Shown here piece after piece: positions 28,981 through 37,090 of a DNA stretch of 64,000 bases. The stretch's first letter is position 1. Each line of letters begins with the position of its first letter. The stretch is taken from assembly GCA_049570475.1 (NCBI GenBank), contig CP186953.1:768001-832000 (forward strand), in the 5' to 3' direction. The translations under genes and the position numbers were made by a program. A model generated the notes under the pieces. That model ran no database searches, had not been told where the DNA came from, and worked only from the letters and a program-made list of their open reading frames with translations. The DNA comes from Candidatus Methanosuratincola verstraetei (GTDB taxonomy: Archaea; Thermoproteota; Methanomethylicia; Methanomethylicales; Methanomethylicaceae).

Positions 28981-29198
28981 GTATACTATTAGTATTATTT
29001 ACTACCTTTAGTAAAAAATAGTGTAAATGTTCATAACGTCCTATCTATATAAAAGACTTTCAGTCTAATTTTTTTGTAAGACTGCTCTTAAATTTACATA
29101 TCTACCTCTTTCTGAAGTCGATGCAAGGATAATATAGTGCAATCGAAAGAGAGGGGTCACCCTCTTATAATCCAAGATTGCATAATTATCCGATCAAA

Positions 29199-29504
29199 AT
29201 GTCCCGAACCAACTCCTCTTTTGAGATAATACAACTGATTTCACAATACATCCCGAACGAGTATCGAATACTATTCCTGAAAAACCTCCTAGAAGTCTAC
29301 GGCTCCATATACAAGACCTCAAAGATAACAAACATTTCAAGGACACAACTTTACAGATATTTGGCTACGGAAAAGAAATGTTATCCGAATGACGAAGTTA
29401 CAGCCAGGATAATTCAAGCGCTCTTGGAGATAAAGCGTGCTTGGACTAAAGACCAGCTGAAACAACTCGCAAAGGAATTCAATGATATTGTAAACAAGAT
29501 TTAA
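29199..29504 (+). CDS. Small HTH protein
   Basis: GSIYKTSKITNISRTQLYRYL HTH-like segment. Confidence 0.7.
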   Translation: MSRTNSSFEIIQLISQYIPNEYRILFLKNLLEVYGSIYKTSKITNISRTQLYRYLATEKKCYPNDEVTARIIQALLEIKRAWTKDQLKQLAKEFNDIVNKI

Positions 29505-29834
29505 ACAATATTATCTTACAATCATTAAGTTCTACAAAAGCCCGTGCAGAATCCTGGCTTCATCGGGAACAATTCCAAATAGGTACAGGATCAGAAGAAC
29601 CTACCCATCAAAACGCAAATCTCATTAAGGCCCTGCTTGAGTTCTTCTTGCTCCTTGAGGCTTTGACAGGACGTGCGATATCTCCTGATATTACGCTGCT
29701 CGTGCCTTGGATCCTTTATAGACTTGCATCGCAGTCCACCATATTTCTTTGAAAAGTAGACAAATCTTTTCTGTTTGCTTTTTCTAGAAAAAAGCTTTGA
29801 TTGAATTATCTATGACTAAAAGCCGTGCAACTCG

Positions 29835-30008
29835 TCACTTCAACATTCTGCCGCACCTGGGACACACGGGGTGATCCGACAATAGCCCTTTTCTCTTAGG
29901 AACGCACTTCTTGCAGTAAAGCCTGCCACAGCCCTCGCATCTCCACGCTCTCTCTTCTAAAAAACCGCCGATATTCTTGTGGCAGATACAGCAGACCCCT
30001 TTTACCAT
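29835..30008 (-). CDS. 57-aa Cys8 zinc-finger protein
   Basis: Four CxxC pairs; ATG at 30008. Confidence 0.72.
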   Translation of the reverse strand: MVKGVCCICHKNIGGFLEERAWRCEGCGRLYCKKCVPKRKGLLSDHPVCPRCGRMLK

Positions 30009-30102
30009 TTTGATCGAGAAGACTTCCCAAATTGAACATAAAAATCTTTCACAATTGCCCCCTCTGCTTTTAAAAAGCGAATACCTTATTGGGGGATGTT
30101 GT

Positions 30103-30675
30103 ATGGGGGTGACCATTCACTACAGAGGCGTTGTTTTATGCAACGAGGATTACATCTCGGAAATATTGACCCAGGTCAAAGAAATGCTCAGGGAAAACAA
30201 CGTCACTGACATAAAACCTTTGGATGGGTTTGAGTCGGATGAGGACTTTGAGAGGGCTAAGGCTTTGGTCAATCTGAAACCAGTGCCGTCCTGGGTCCAA
30301 AAAGGATCTTTCGTCTACACTTTCAGGCCAAATACTAAGCAGCCTCGCACACCGACAAAGAAGAAGGGCATCCTGGCTGACTTGCACCCTGCATGCGAGT
30401 CTTTCGAAATAACCTTTTATGAGTTAGGCGGAGAAAGCGTCTGGCAACTGCCTTACACTTTTGTAAAGACCCAATTTGCGCCACTTTCCGTACATGTGCT
30501 CATATGCGAAATTCTGAAGTTCGTGGATTCGATGATTACCTACAAGGGTGGCGACTTTTTAGTCAACGATGAAGGGGATTACTACTATACTCGGGACCTT
30601 GAAAAACTGAAGGAGTGTTTTGGAAAGGTGGACTTGTTGATAGGTCGCATAATCTGCGCCCTGGCGATGGTATAA
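30103..30675 (+). CDS. Hypothetical protein
   Basis: 190-aa ORF starting MGVTIHYRG with RBS-like GGGGGATG; no function recognised. Confidence 0.7.
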   Translation: MGVTIHYRGVVLCNEDYISEILTQVKEMLRENNVTDIKPLDGFESDEDFERAKALVNLKPVPSWVQKGSFVYTFRPNTKQPRTPTKKKGILADLHPACESFEITFYELGGESVWQLPYTFVKTQFAPLSVHVLICEILKFVDSMITYKGGDFLVNDEGDYYYTRDLEKLKECFGKVDLLIGRIICALAMV

Positions 30676-30683
30676 TGTCCTAA

Positions 30684-30959
30684 TCATCTAAAATCATTTT
30701 TATGGTCCATCAATATCTTTTTTAGGCTGGCCCTGTCCTTGAGCTTTTCCCAGCCAAATATGTCTTCCCCGATCCGGATTATCGGCACCGAGTCAATATT
30801 GAGCATTAATAGTTCAGCCAACACCTCGCTGTTTTCGATGCTTTTTTCCAAAACGACCTTATCATAATCCTCCCCAATTTCGCCAAGAACCGCTCTCAAG
30901 TGTTTCTTCAGCATCTTACAGTTTGCACAAGTCTCGCTGGTGAAGAATTCGATTTTCAT
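30684..30959 (-). CDS. Glutaredoxin/thioredoxin-fold protein
   Basis: MKIEFFTSETCANC redox motif and cis-Pro motif SVPII. Confidence 0.8.
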   Translation of the reverse strand: MKIEFFTSETCANCKMLKKHLRAVLGEIGEDYDKVVLEKSIENSEVLAELLMLNIDSVPIIRIGEDIFGWEKLKDRASLKKILMDHKNDFR

Positions 30960-31079
30960 AAGATAATCATCTATTTTTTCCTATAAAATAACTGCCGCTA
31001 GCGTTTTTACCCGACGGCACTTTGATCTGATGTCAAAGCTTATTAACACAGCAATCAGATAAAAATTAGTGAACTTCCT

Positions 31080-31277
31080 ATGATCAAGCCTTCCCCTCCA
31101 AGCCCGGCCAATGTTCTTGCCAAGATCATCTCGCTTGGATTGGATCTAGAAAAGATGGAATCTGGTGCCGTAGAAGAATTGGTGAATGGTTTGTCAAATC
31201 TTTTGCAGATCAGTGAAAACGAGATTTCGGTCCTTCTAAGCCTATTCAGGTCCGCATTCCGCGATAATACATGTTGA
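31080..31277 (+). CDS. Hypothetical small protein
   Basis: 65-aa amphipathic ORF with TATA-like CTTATTAA upstream. Confidence 0.45.
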   Translation: MIKPSPPSPANVLAKIISLGLDLEKMESGAVEELVNGLSNLLQISENEISVLLSLFRSAFRDNTC

Positions 31278-31575
31278 CCTTTTCCTCAAAGGCGTTGTCG
31301 AGGAACCACTTTGGGTATTTATGGTACGGGTGGAGCACCTTAAACCCCATTCTCTTATAGGCTGCGATAAGCTCTCCGAAGGACGGGGCTGTAGCGCTCA
31401 AATGGTTGATCCTAATTGGGATGCCCTTGAACTCATCGCCGGGGTAAGTGTCGAATACCCATAGATCAGCCGAGAAAATCGAATTACGCTCAAATATTTT
31501 CAGGAAGAATCGCTCTCCACCTTTCACCATTGGGATCATCTTTCCTTCTTTCTGCACATGTTCTAGAGCTCGCAT
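31246..31575 (-). CDS. Hypothetical protein
   Basis: 109-aa ORF with protein-like composition; no family recognised. Confidence 0.6.
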   Translation of the reverse strand: MRALEHVQKEGKMIPMVKGGERFFLKIFERNSIFSADLWVFDTYPGDEFKGIPIRINHLSATAPSFGELIAAYKRMGFKVLHPYHKYPKWFLDNAFEEKVNMYYRGMRT

Positions 31576-31731
31576 TTTGACCAGTAATTATAGTTCTTTG
31601 TTTTGCACTAAAGCTTTGACTCTTTCTTTACAAAACCAACAACCAGAATCTCGGTTAGTTTGGTCTTTATGAAAAGTTTATAAGTTTAGCCCCTTGTTTT
31701 CTTTTCTGAAAACGGTAATTTTATGCCGAAT

Positions 31732-31827
31732 AGCGGGGTGGGGTAGCCAGGTTATCCCGCGGGGCTCATAAGCCCCGTCGGTTGAGAAACCCCGAGATCG
31801 GTGGTTCAAATCCACCCCCCGCTACCA
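31732..31827 (+). tRNA. Initiator tRNA-Met(CAT) with 18-nt intron (31771-31788)
   Basis: A1-U72 pair, consecutive G-C anticodon-stem pairs, canonical 37/38 BHB (CTCA/TGAG), encoded CCA. Confidence 0.95.
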
Positions 31828-31869
31828 AATTAAGAAATTTCTATAAGCCTGGGCGCTTCATTTATTCCC

Positions 31870-32157
31870 GTGCGGAGCATGATCGTCCTTCTCTCGAATA
31901 AGGGCAAGTATGAGATCCCTGCAACCTTGGAAAGCGGAATCATCCGGGCTGGGGAAGCTCTTTTTCGAATGTTGGAAGAGGGAGATGATGAGAAATTCAA
32001 GGAAAAGTTGTCCGAGTTGCATTCCTTTGTCGTCACGAAAGGAATTCCTGTTGAAGCATTTAGGCATACTGATCTGGTTGTCCCTCCTGCGGGTTCCGAC
32101 CCTGGTTTTCTAAGGCTAGTCCTTGGCATTGATAAGGCCGAAAAAGGAATCTACTGA
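31870..32157 (+). CDS. Hypothetical protein
   Basis: 95-aa ORF filling the gap between tRNA and tiaS. Confidence 0.55.
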   Translation: MRSMIVLLSNKGKYEIPATLESGIIRAGEALFRMLEEGDDEKFKEKLSELHSFVVTKGIPVEAFRHTDLVVPPAGSDPGFLRLVLGIDKAEKGIY

Positions 32158-33441
32158 GACGCCTACCCAGGTCTTTTCCATCCCGTATCTTTGCAGAGGC
32201 TTCGTGAGGTGGCGAACCGATCTCGGGGGAGGGAGAAAAACACCTTCTTTTACATTCCTTTCCAGCTTTTCCATTACGGGCTCCTTCGCCTCCTTGCCGC
32301 ATTTTTCGCATTTATACCCCTTGTTTCTGCCCTTGGCTTTCATCCTGACCTTGCATTTTTCACAAACGGGGTTCCTGGCTATCGCTAATACCAGCTCCAG
32401 GACCTCGAGTTTTTCCAAGTTGAGCGTAAGCTTTGGCGACTCCCCTTCGTGTGGGTTCACCCCGCCGTAGGCACGCACACGATCTCCTGGCAGGAGATCT
32501 CTCAAAACCTTCTGGACACCTCCTGACTTTTCGTATGCTGCAATATCGATTCTTCCTGTCGCGTCGCCAAGCTCTGCTATTACGTGCCCGCCGCGGATCA
32601 CTTTAGGGGCCCCTGTCAACTCCCCCTCTATAACTGCGGCCTGGTACGGTCTCAGTTCAGCCACAGATGATTTGTTTACAAAGTGGGCCTCTGTTCCTTG
32701 GTTGCTACGGTAGATGACCCATCTCTCTCCGCCAGAGAACTTTAGCAGCTTTAGAGCTTGCTTGAGTACGCCTGGGCTCTCGCCCCTTACACCGAAGAGT
32801 ATTGGGTCTGGACCATGTGGCGTGATCAGGACTCTGCCCGTCTCATAATCGAGGTTGTTGAAGGTGTAGGGGTATGTTTCCTTGTCCATCTCTACAACGC
32901 TTTCTCGATCAACCTGCCTTGGTCTTTCCCACGTCTCTTTTTTCCTGTAGACTATCAATTCATATGTGTGGTCACCTTCGAGCGTGTTCCCTATCGCTGC
33001 AAGGGCTCCGACTAGTCCCCTTCCACCTTTAATCGTCTTGTACTTTATGCCCAACTCGCGCGCCAGGCAAATTGCATCCTCGGTAGAAATGACGTCGTAC
33101 AGCGCTCTCCTCCCAAAGCGTTTCAGCCTGTCGGGCACCTCGCCTTGTACGAGGGCAATGCCTGGTTGGTTCTTTTCGTCCTGCCGATCCCTGTTCTCCT
33201 CAACGACCTCCTCTGCCATCTCCAGAATATAATCGCAGTCCATTGGGGTCGAGATTCTCAGGCAGATTGCCGCATTCCCCCTTGACTTCCATGGGATGTT
33301 TGGGTTTAGCCGTATTAGGTTGGGGAAATCAATGAAAGTGGCTTGCGGAAGCAGCCTTTCCATGAGTAGGGCGCCGACGTAGGTCGTGCACCCTTTCTTT
33401 AGGGAATCGGTGTCGTCGATACCCAGGTGGTATGTCGGCAT
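32116..33441 (-). CDS. tiaS: tRNA(Ile2) agmatinylcytidine synthetase
   Basis: GIDDTDS..GCTT, LIRLNPNIPWKSRGN, PHGPDPILFGVRG, SNQGT, Zn ribbon, HLTKP. Confidence 0.96.
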   Translation of the reverse strand: MPTYHLGIDDTDSLKKGCTTYVGALLMERLLPQATFIDFPNLIRLNPNIPWKSRGNAAICLRISTPMDCDYILEMAEEVVEENRDRQDEKNQPGIALVQGEVPDRLKRFGRRALYDVISTEDAICLARELGIKYKTIKGGRGLVGALAAIGNTLEGDHTYELIVYRKKETWERPRQVDRESVVEMDKETYPYTFNNLDYETGRVLITPHGPDPILFGVRGESPGVLKQALKLLKFSGGERWVIYRSNQGTEAHFVNKSSVAELRPYQAAVIEGELTGAPKVIRGGHVIAELGDATGRIDIAAYEKSGGVQKVLRDLLPGDRVRAYGGVNPHEGESPKLTLNLEKLEVLELVLAIARNPVCEKCKVRMKAKGRNKGYKCEKCGKEAKEPVMEKLERNVKEGVFLPPPRSVRHLTKPLQRYGMEKTWVGVSVDSFFGLINAKD

Positions 33442-33454
33442 GTAGTGCTACCTT

Positions 33455-33691
33455 TCAATGGCTTTTTAAGACGACTAGAGTCATTGTGGACTGCACTTTT
33501 TTAATCTGGCGGATCCTTCCCACGACGTCCTCTTTTTCTTTATCCTTAGTCTCTTCGATTTCAGCCTTAACGAGTATATCGTAGACGCCGTACACTAGGT
33601 GGGCTTCCAAGACACCCTCCATTTTATAGAGCTGGTTGAAGACTTCCTCCTCTGCCCCGGCAGAAGTATTTATCATTATGAAGGCAATCAT
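33455..33691 (-). CDS. Stand-alone Lrp/AsnC ligand-binding (RAM) domain protein
   Basis: AFIMIN...VYGVYDI...IRQI..V.STMT. Confidence 0.88.
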   Translation of the reverse strand: MIAFIMINTSAGAEEEVFNQLYKMEGVLEAHLVYGVYDILVKAEIEETKDKEKEDVVGRIRQIKKVQSTMTLVVLKSH

Positions 33692-33758
33692 TTTCCCACA
33701 GTCAAATCAATGTTATATGCGGCTTAAGTATTTTAAATCCTGATGTGGGGCGCCTTGT

Positions 33759-34301
33759 TTGCCAAGGATATACATTTACCATAAACGCGAGTGCGATGTG
33801 AAAAAATGTACAGCGCTTAAACTGGGGAAGTTGCGCCTCGCTGAGATCGTATACAACATCCGCGGAATACCTCGCGGCAGCCTGTTGCTTTATCCATTTT
33901 GCGAGAACGTACTCTCGCCAGGCGACAAAGAAATCGTATCCAGGGGAGCTCTCGCAGCGATAGACTGCTCTTGGAACCAGTTCCAATCAGAACGGATCCC
34001 GCGCAGCCTGGCTCAAAGAAAGCTTCCATTCTTGCTGGCAGCCAACCCAGTCAACTACTCTGTCCCTTACCGGCTGAGTACCCTTGAGGCTCTGGCTGCG
34101 GCCCTATACATAATGGGTTTCGCTGAAGATTCCTCTTTACTGCTGTCGAAGGCGAAGTGGGGTGCTGCCTTCTTAACTCTGAACGCCGAGCCTCTCTCTC
34201 TATACTCAAAAGCAAAGTCCCAGGAAGAAATTAGGGAAATCGAGAGAGAGTACCTGTCGCTTTATGGGGTAACCAACATGAAGGAAAGAGTTAGACAATA
34301 G
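33759..34301 (+). CDS. tsr3: 16S rRNA aminocarboxypropyltransferase Tsr3
   Basis: CDVKKCTALKL, IDCSW, RKLPFLLAANPVNY, LSTLEALAAAL. Confidence 0.94.
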   Translation: MPRIYIYHKRECDVKKCTALKLGKLRLAEIVYNIRGIPRGSLLLYPFCENVLSPGDKEIVSRGALAAIDCSWNQFQSERIPRSLAQRKLPFLLAANPVNYSVPYRLSTLEALAAALYIMGFAEDSSLLLSKAKWGAAFLTLNAEPLSLYSKAKSQEEIREIEREYLSLYGVTNMKERVRQ

Positions 34302-34373
34302 TCGAATTTTATTTCGTTTAATGCCTTGGAATAGGATTAAATACTTCGACAGTGAACTATTATACGACACAAA

Positions 34374-34508
34374 ATGGCTTTAGTCTTGAAAAGAAAAATC
34401 CCCAAAATCAGGAGAACTGGCCCCAGGCGGTCTAGGGTAGATGGGAAAATATCGAAAAGACTAAAGCATGTTTGGGACTCTCCAGAATCTTATGAACCGC
34501 AGATATGA
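34374..34508 (+). CDS. Putative 44-aa basic small protein
   Basis: MALVLKRKIPKIRRTGPRRSRVDGKISKRLKHVWDSPESYEPQI; TATA-like TTAAATA about 30 nt upstream; fills intergenic gap. Confidence 0.5.
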   Translation: MALVLKRKIPKIRRTGPRRSRVDGKISKRLKHVWDSPESYEPQI

Positions 34509-34513
34509 GCTTT

Positions 34514-35200
34514 TCATGTGCTCAATTTAGCCACTCTTCTGACCCCAACAATCAGTGGCACTCCAATTATTGTTGAAGCCAGTGAAATAAATAGCCTTTC
34601 AGGCAAAGTTATCGCAAGCATAGGCACAAAGAAATAAGGGCTTGGGTTGTACACTGCTACAAAAATCAAATTCCCGAGCATATTGCCTGTCATTGTGGAG
34701 ATGAAGCTAACAAGAAATACCCCCGGCGCCATTTCCATCTTGCCGCTCCTGAGTGATTTGTTGAGTTTGCCCCCTACTCCAAATGCTATTGCTGCTGCTG
34801 CGACGTGTGGCAACGCAAAATAGGGTGCATTATGTGCTTGCTGTGTGGTGCTCCAAATGGCAATCATTACAGTCAAAATTAGCCCCGAGATGGTCCAGCC
34901 AGGGATCTTCCCGGCCTTCCCTTTGTAGATTAGTGCGGCGCTCAATGTCGATGCTAGCGCAAGAGGCGTGAAAAGTAGGCTTCCGCTCTCCCCGCTCAGT
35001 ATTTTTCCCAGGATCGCCCCTAGGAAAGCAGCCAAAGGGCCGAAATAAGTGCCCATCATGATCCCATAAATCGGCTCCAGGCTCCTTGCTAGATCTATCT
35101 CGGATCCTGGCGCACCAATTACTGGAAATCCTGGCAAGAGCGTCACTACTGCATAAACAGCTGCCATCAGTCCCACGATTGAGATCGTTCGCGCTTCCAT
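34514..35200 (-). CDS. ECF transporter S-component-like membrane protein
   Basis: About 6-7 TM helices; AAVYAV...P, GIMMG..FGPLAAFLG pattern. Confidence 0.65.
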   Translation of the reverse strand: MEARTISIVGLMAAVYAVVTLLPGFPVIGAPGSEIDLARSLEPIYGIMMGTYFGPLAAFLGAILGKILSGESGSLLFTPLALASTLSAALIYKGKAGKIPGWTISGLILTVMIAIWSTTQQAHNAPYFALPHVAAAAIAFGVGGKLNKSLRSGKMEMAPGVFLVSFISTMTGNMLGNLIFVAVYNPSPYFFVPMLAITLPERLFISLASTIIGVPLIVGVRRVAKLST

Positions 35201-35272
35201 GAGAGGTAAAAAATCTGACTTTTTAATATGCTTTCGTATATGCATGTTGACTTTTGTTTTTGACAAACTTCG

Positions 35273-35512
35273 TTATTTCTTTTTAAGCTCGTTGGTCGTG
35301 CATTCAGACTTCCGATTGAGTATGTATGATGCAAATGCCATCAATATTATGCCCAGTGCCTAGATCTCGAAAAGGCAGTTCTCGCCTAAGTAATTGTCAA
35401 GAATGGTCCAGACGCTATGTAAAATCAAAATCGAGGAAAATAGAATTATGCCCTCTGCTATACCAAATTATTTAACTTTGTCTGTCGACTTCATCTTGGT
35501 TTTATTTTTCAT
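35273..35512 (-). pseudogene. Probable pseudogene of a two-TM membrane protein
   Basis: 80-codon frame with two hydrophobic helices interrupted by in-frame TAA and TAG. Confidence 0.45.
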
Positions 35513-35639
35513 TCAATACCTTAAAATAATTGTACATAAATATTGATAATCTTTATTTATTAGCGTTTATTAAAATAAAAAATGACATAGCTTGAATGAA
35601 AATGCACCCTATTGATTTCAAAAATAACTGCCTTGGGAT

Positions 35640-35941
35640 GGGGCGTGTTGGCCGTAACCCACCTTCTGTTTTAGGCGACATTCGACTATGCAGGCTACCC
35701 GGGTCTCGTGTGGGCCTCATGGACCTCTATTTGCCCTTGCTCCCCGCGGATTGGCCGTTTCAACGTGACCGGAAGCATTCTCGACGGCTAGAGCCAAGTC
35801 ATTGACATCCGCTTCCGGGCGTCTCGTTTCTGCTCCAAGAGCAGGGGTCTCCCCCTATGCCTCACGGCATCGCGGTTCCACATGGAGGGTGGAGTTTCCT
35901 CAGACCCAGAAGGGTCCGTCAGTCGCCCGCCAACTCGCCCC
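35640..35941 (-). ncRNA. rnpB: RNase P RNA (type A-like)
   Basis: Minus strand GAGGAAACTCCACCC ... AACAGAAGGTGGGTTA P4 signature; terminal P1 helix GGGGCGAGTTGG/CCAACACGCCCC; P8 hairpin present. Confidence 0.95.
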
Positions 35942-36017
35942 AAAGCTTGCTTACGCAGCGTGCGATAAATCTTTTCCTTCATTTTATTCCGTTCCGACCA
36001 TGTTTCTTAGTTCCATA

Positions 36018-36042
36018 TGTAACAAAATCCTTAAGTATTACA
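36018..36042. promoter_or_regulatory. Imperfect inverted repeat over the nikM TATA box (possible NikR operator)
   Basis: TGTAAC-N13-ATTACA straddling CTTAAGTA about 33 nt upstream of the nikM start. Confidence 0.4.
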
Positions 36043-36069
36043 CATTTTAACAAAAATAACACGATTAAT

Positions 36070-36753
36070 ATGCACATACCTGATGGATTCCTATCTTTAC
36101 CGATAATAGTGATTACTTATGTTTTCGCAATTTCCGTTTTAGCAATTTCTTTCAGAAAGGTTAAAGGGAATGTGGACGATCGCCTCGTCCCACTAATGGC
36201 GCTGCTGACAGCACTGTTTTTTGCCGTCCAGATGGTTAACTACCCTATAATTGGCGGCACTACTGCGCACCTGCTGGGAGCACCCGCCTTGGGCATTCTC
36301 TTGGGTCCTTGGCTCGGAAGCATATCAATGGCAATTATACTTGTGCTGCAGTGTTTCCTCTTCGCGGATGGCGGGGTCACTGCCCTTGGGGCAAACATAC
36401 TGAACATGGCCATAATAGGGGTGATGGTCCCATATGCCGTCTACTTGCTCGTCTCCAAAAAAGGAGGAAGGGGCGCAGTTAGTTTCGGGATATTCTTCGG
36501 TGCGTTCCTTGGCGATGTGCTGGGCGCAGTGGCGGCAGGCCTTGAGCTGGGTCTTTCAGCCCCAATTTTCCAGTATGGTGTATCTATCGCTGTCCCTGCG
36601 ATGGGCATCCATCATTCGGTGATCGGTCTTGCTGAAGGGTTCGTAACCCTCGTTGTCGTATACAGCACGATAAAGATCAGGCCTTCAATACTGACTCTTA
36701 ATAGAGGTCTTTCAGTTCTGATTCCATCTGCTGGTGGTGTAATGAATGAGTGA
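36070..36753 (+). CDS. nikM: Nickel/cobalt ECF transporter S component NikM/CbiM
   Basis: MHIPDGFL N-terminus (NikM type), GTTAHLLG, ADGGVTALGAN. Confidence 0.92.
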   Translation: MHIPDGFLSLPIIVITYVFAISVLAISFRKVKGNVDDRLVPLMALLTALFFAVQMVNYPIIGGTTAHLLGAPALGILLGPWLGSISMAIILVLQCFLFADGGVTALGANILNMAIIGVMVPYAVYLLVSKKGGRGAVSFGIFFGAFLGDVLGAVAAGLELGLSAPIFQYGVSIAVPAMGIHHSVIGLAEGFVTLVVVYSTIKIRPSILTLNRGLSVLIPSAGGVMNE

Positions 36754-37090
36754 GAACTCCATTGAAAATCTGGACAAAAGCAAATTGGACCATCCTAACA
36801 AAAAATGGCTGTTGACTGGGATGGTGGTGGCTGCCGTGTTGGTTGCGATGGGCACTTTCGTTTTCTCAGAGTCAATTGAGACTCTTGACGTCAAGGCAGA
36901 GGAGCTGGGATTCGAAGGCTTCTCATTGCTTCCTGCTCCATTCCCAGAGTATGCCATACCTGGTCTCGAAGATCCTCTGGTAAACTTCTTGCTAGGATTT
37001 GTCTCTGTTCTATTGGTCTTAATCGCAGCTTTCGGAGTCTACAAAATCCTCTCATCACCGCATAATTTAAAGGGTGTATCTACATCTTGA
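36746..37090 (+). CDS. NikN/PDGLE-like auxiliary membrane component
   Basis: Two TM helices around APFPEYAIPG; lies between nikM and nikQ. Confidence 0.8.
   Translation: MSENSIENLDKSKLDHPNKKWLLTGMVVAAVLVAMGTFVFSESIETLDVKAEELGFEGFSLLPAPFPEYAIPGLEDPLVNFLLGFVSVLLVLIAAFGVYKILSSPHNLKGVSTS

Noticed and set aside
28103-29198. CRISPR array or IS remnant as explanation for the repeats
   Set aside because: No regularly spaced 24-47 bp repeats, no terminal inverted repeats with a transposase, and no cas genes
29505-29834. Possible small gene in this 330-bp gap
   Set aside because: Minus-strand ATG frames close within about 13 codons and no convincing product was recognised
35596-36050. Short ORFs and the long N-terminal extension of nikM
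   Set aside because: They overlap RNase P RNA; the MHIPDG N-terminus fixes the nikM start at 36070
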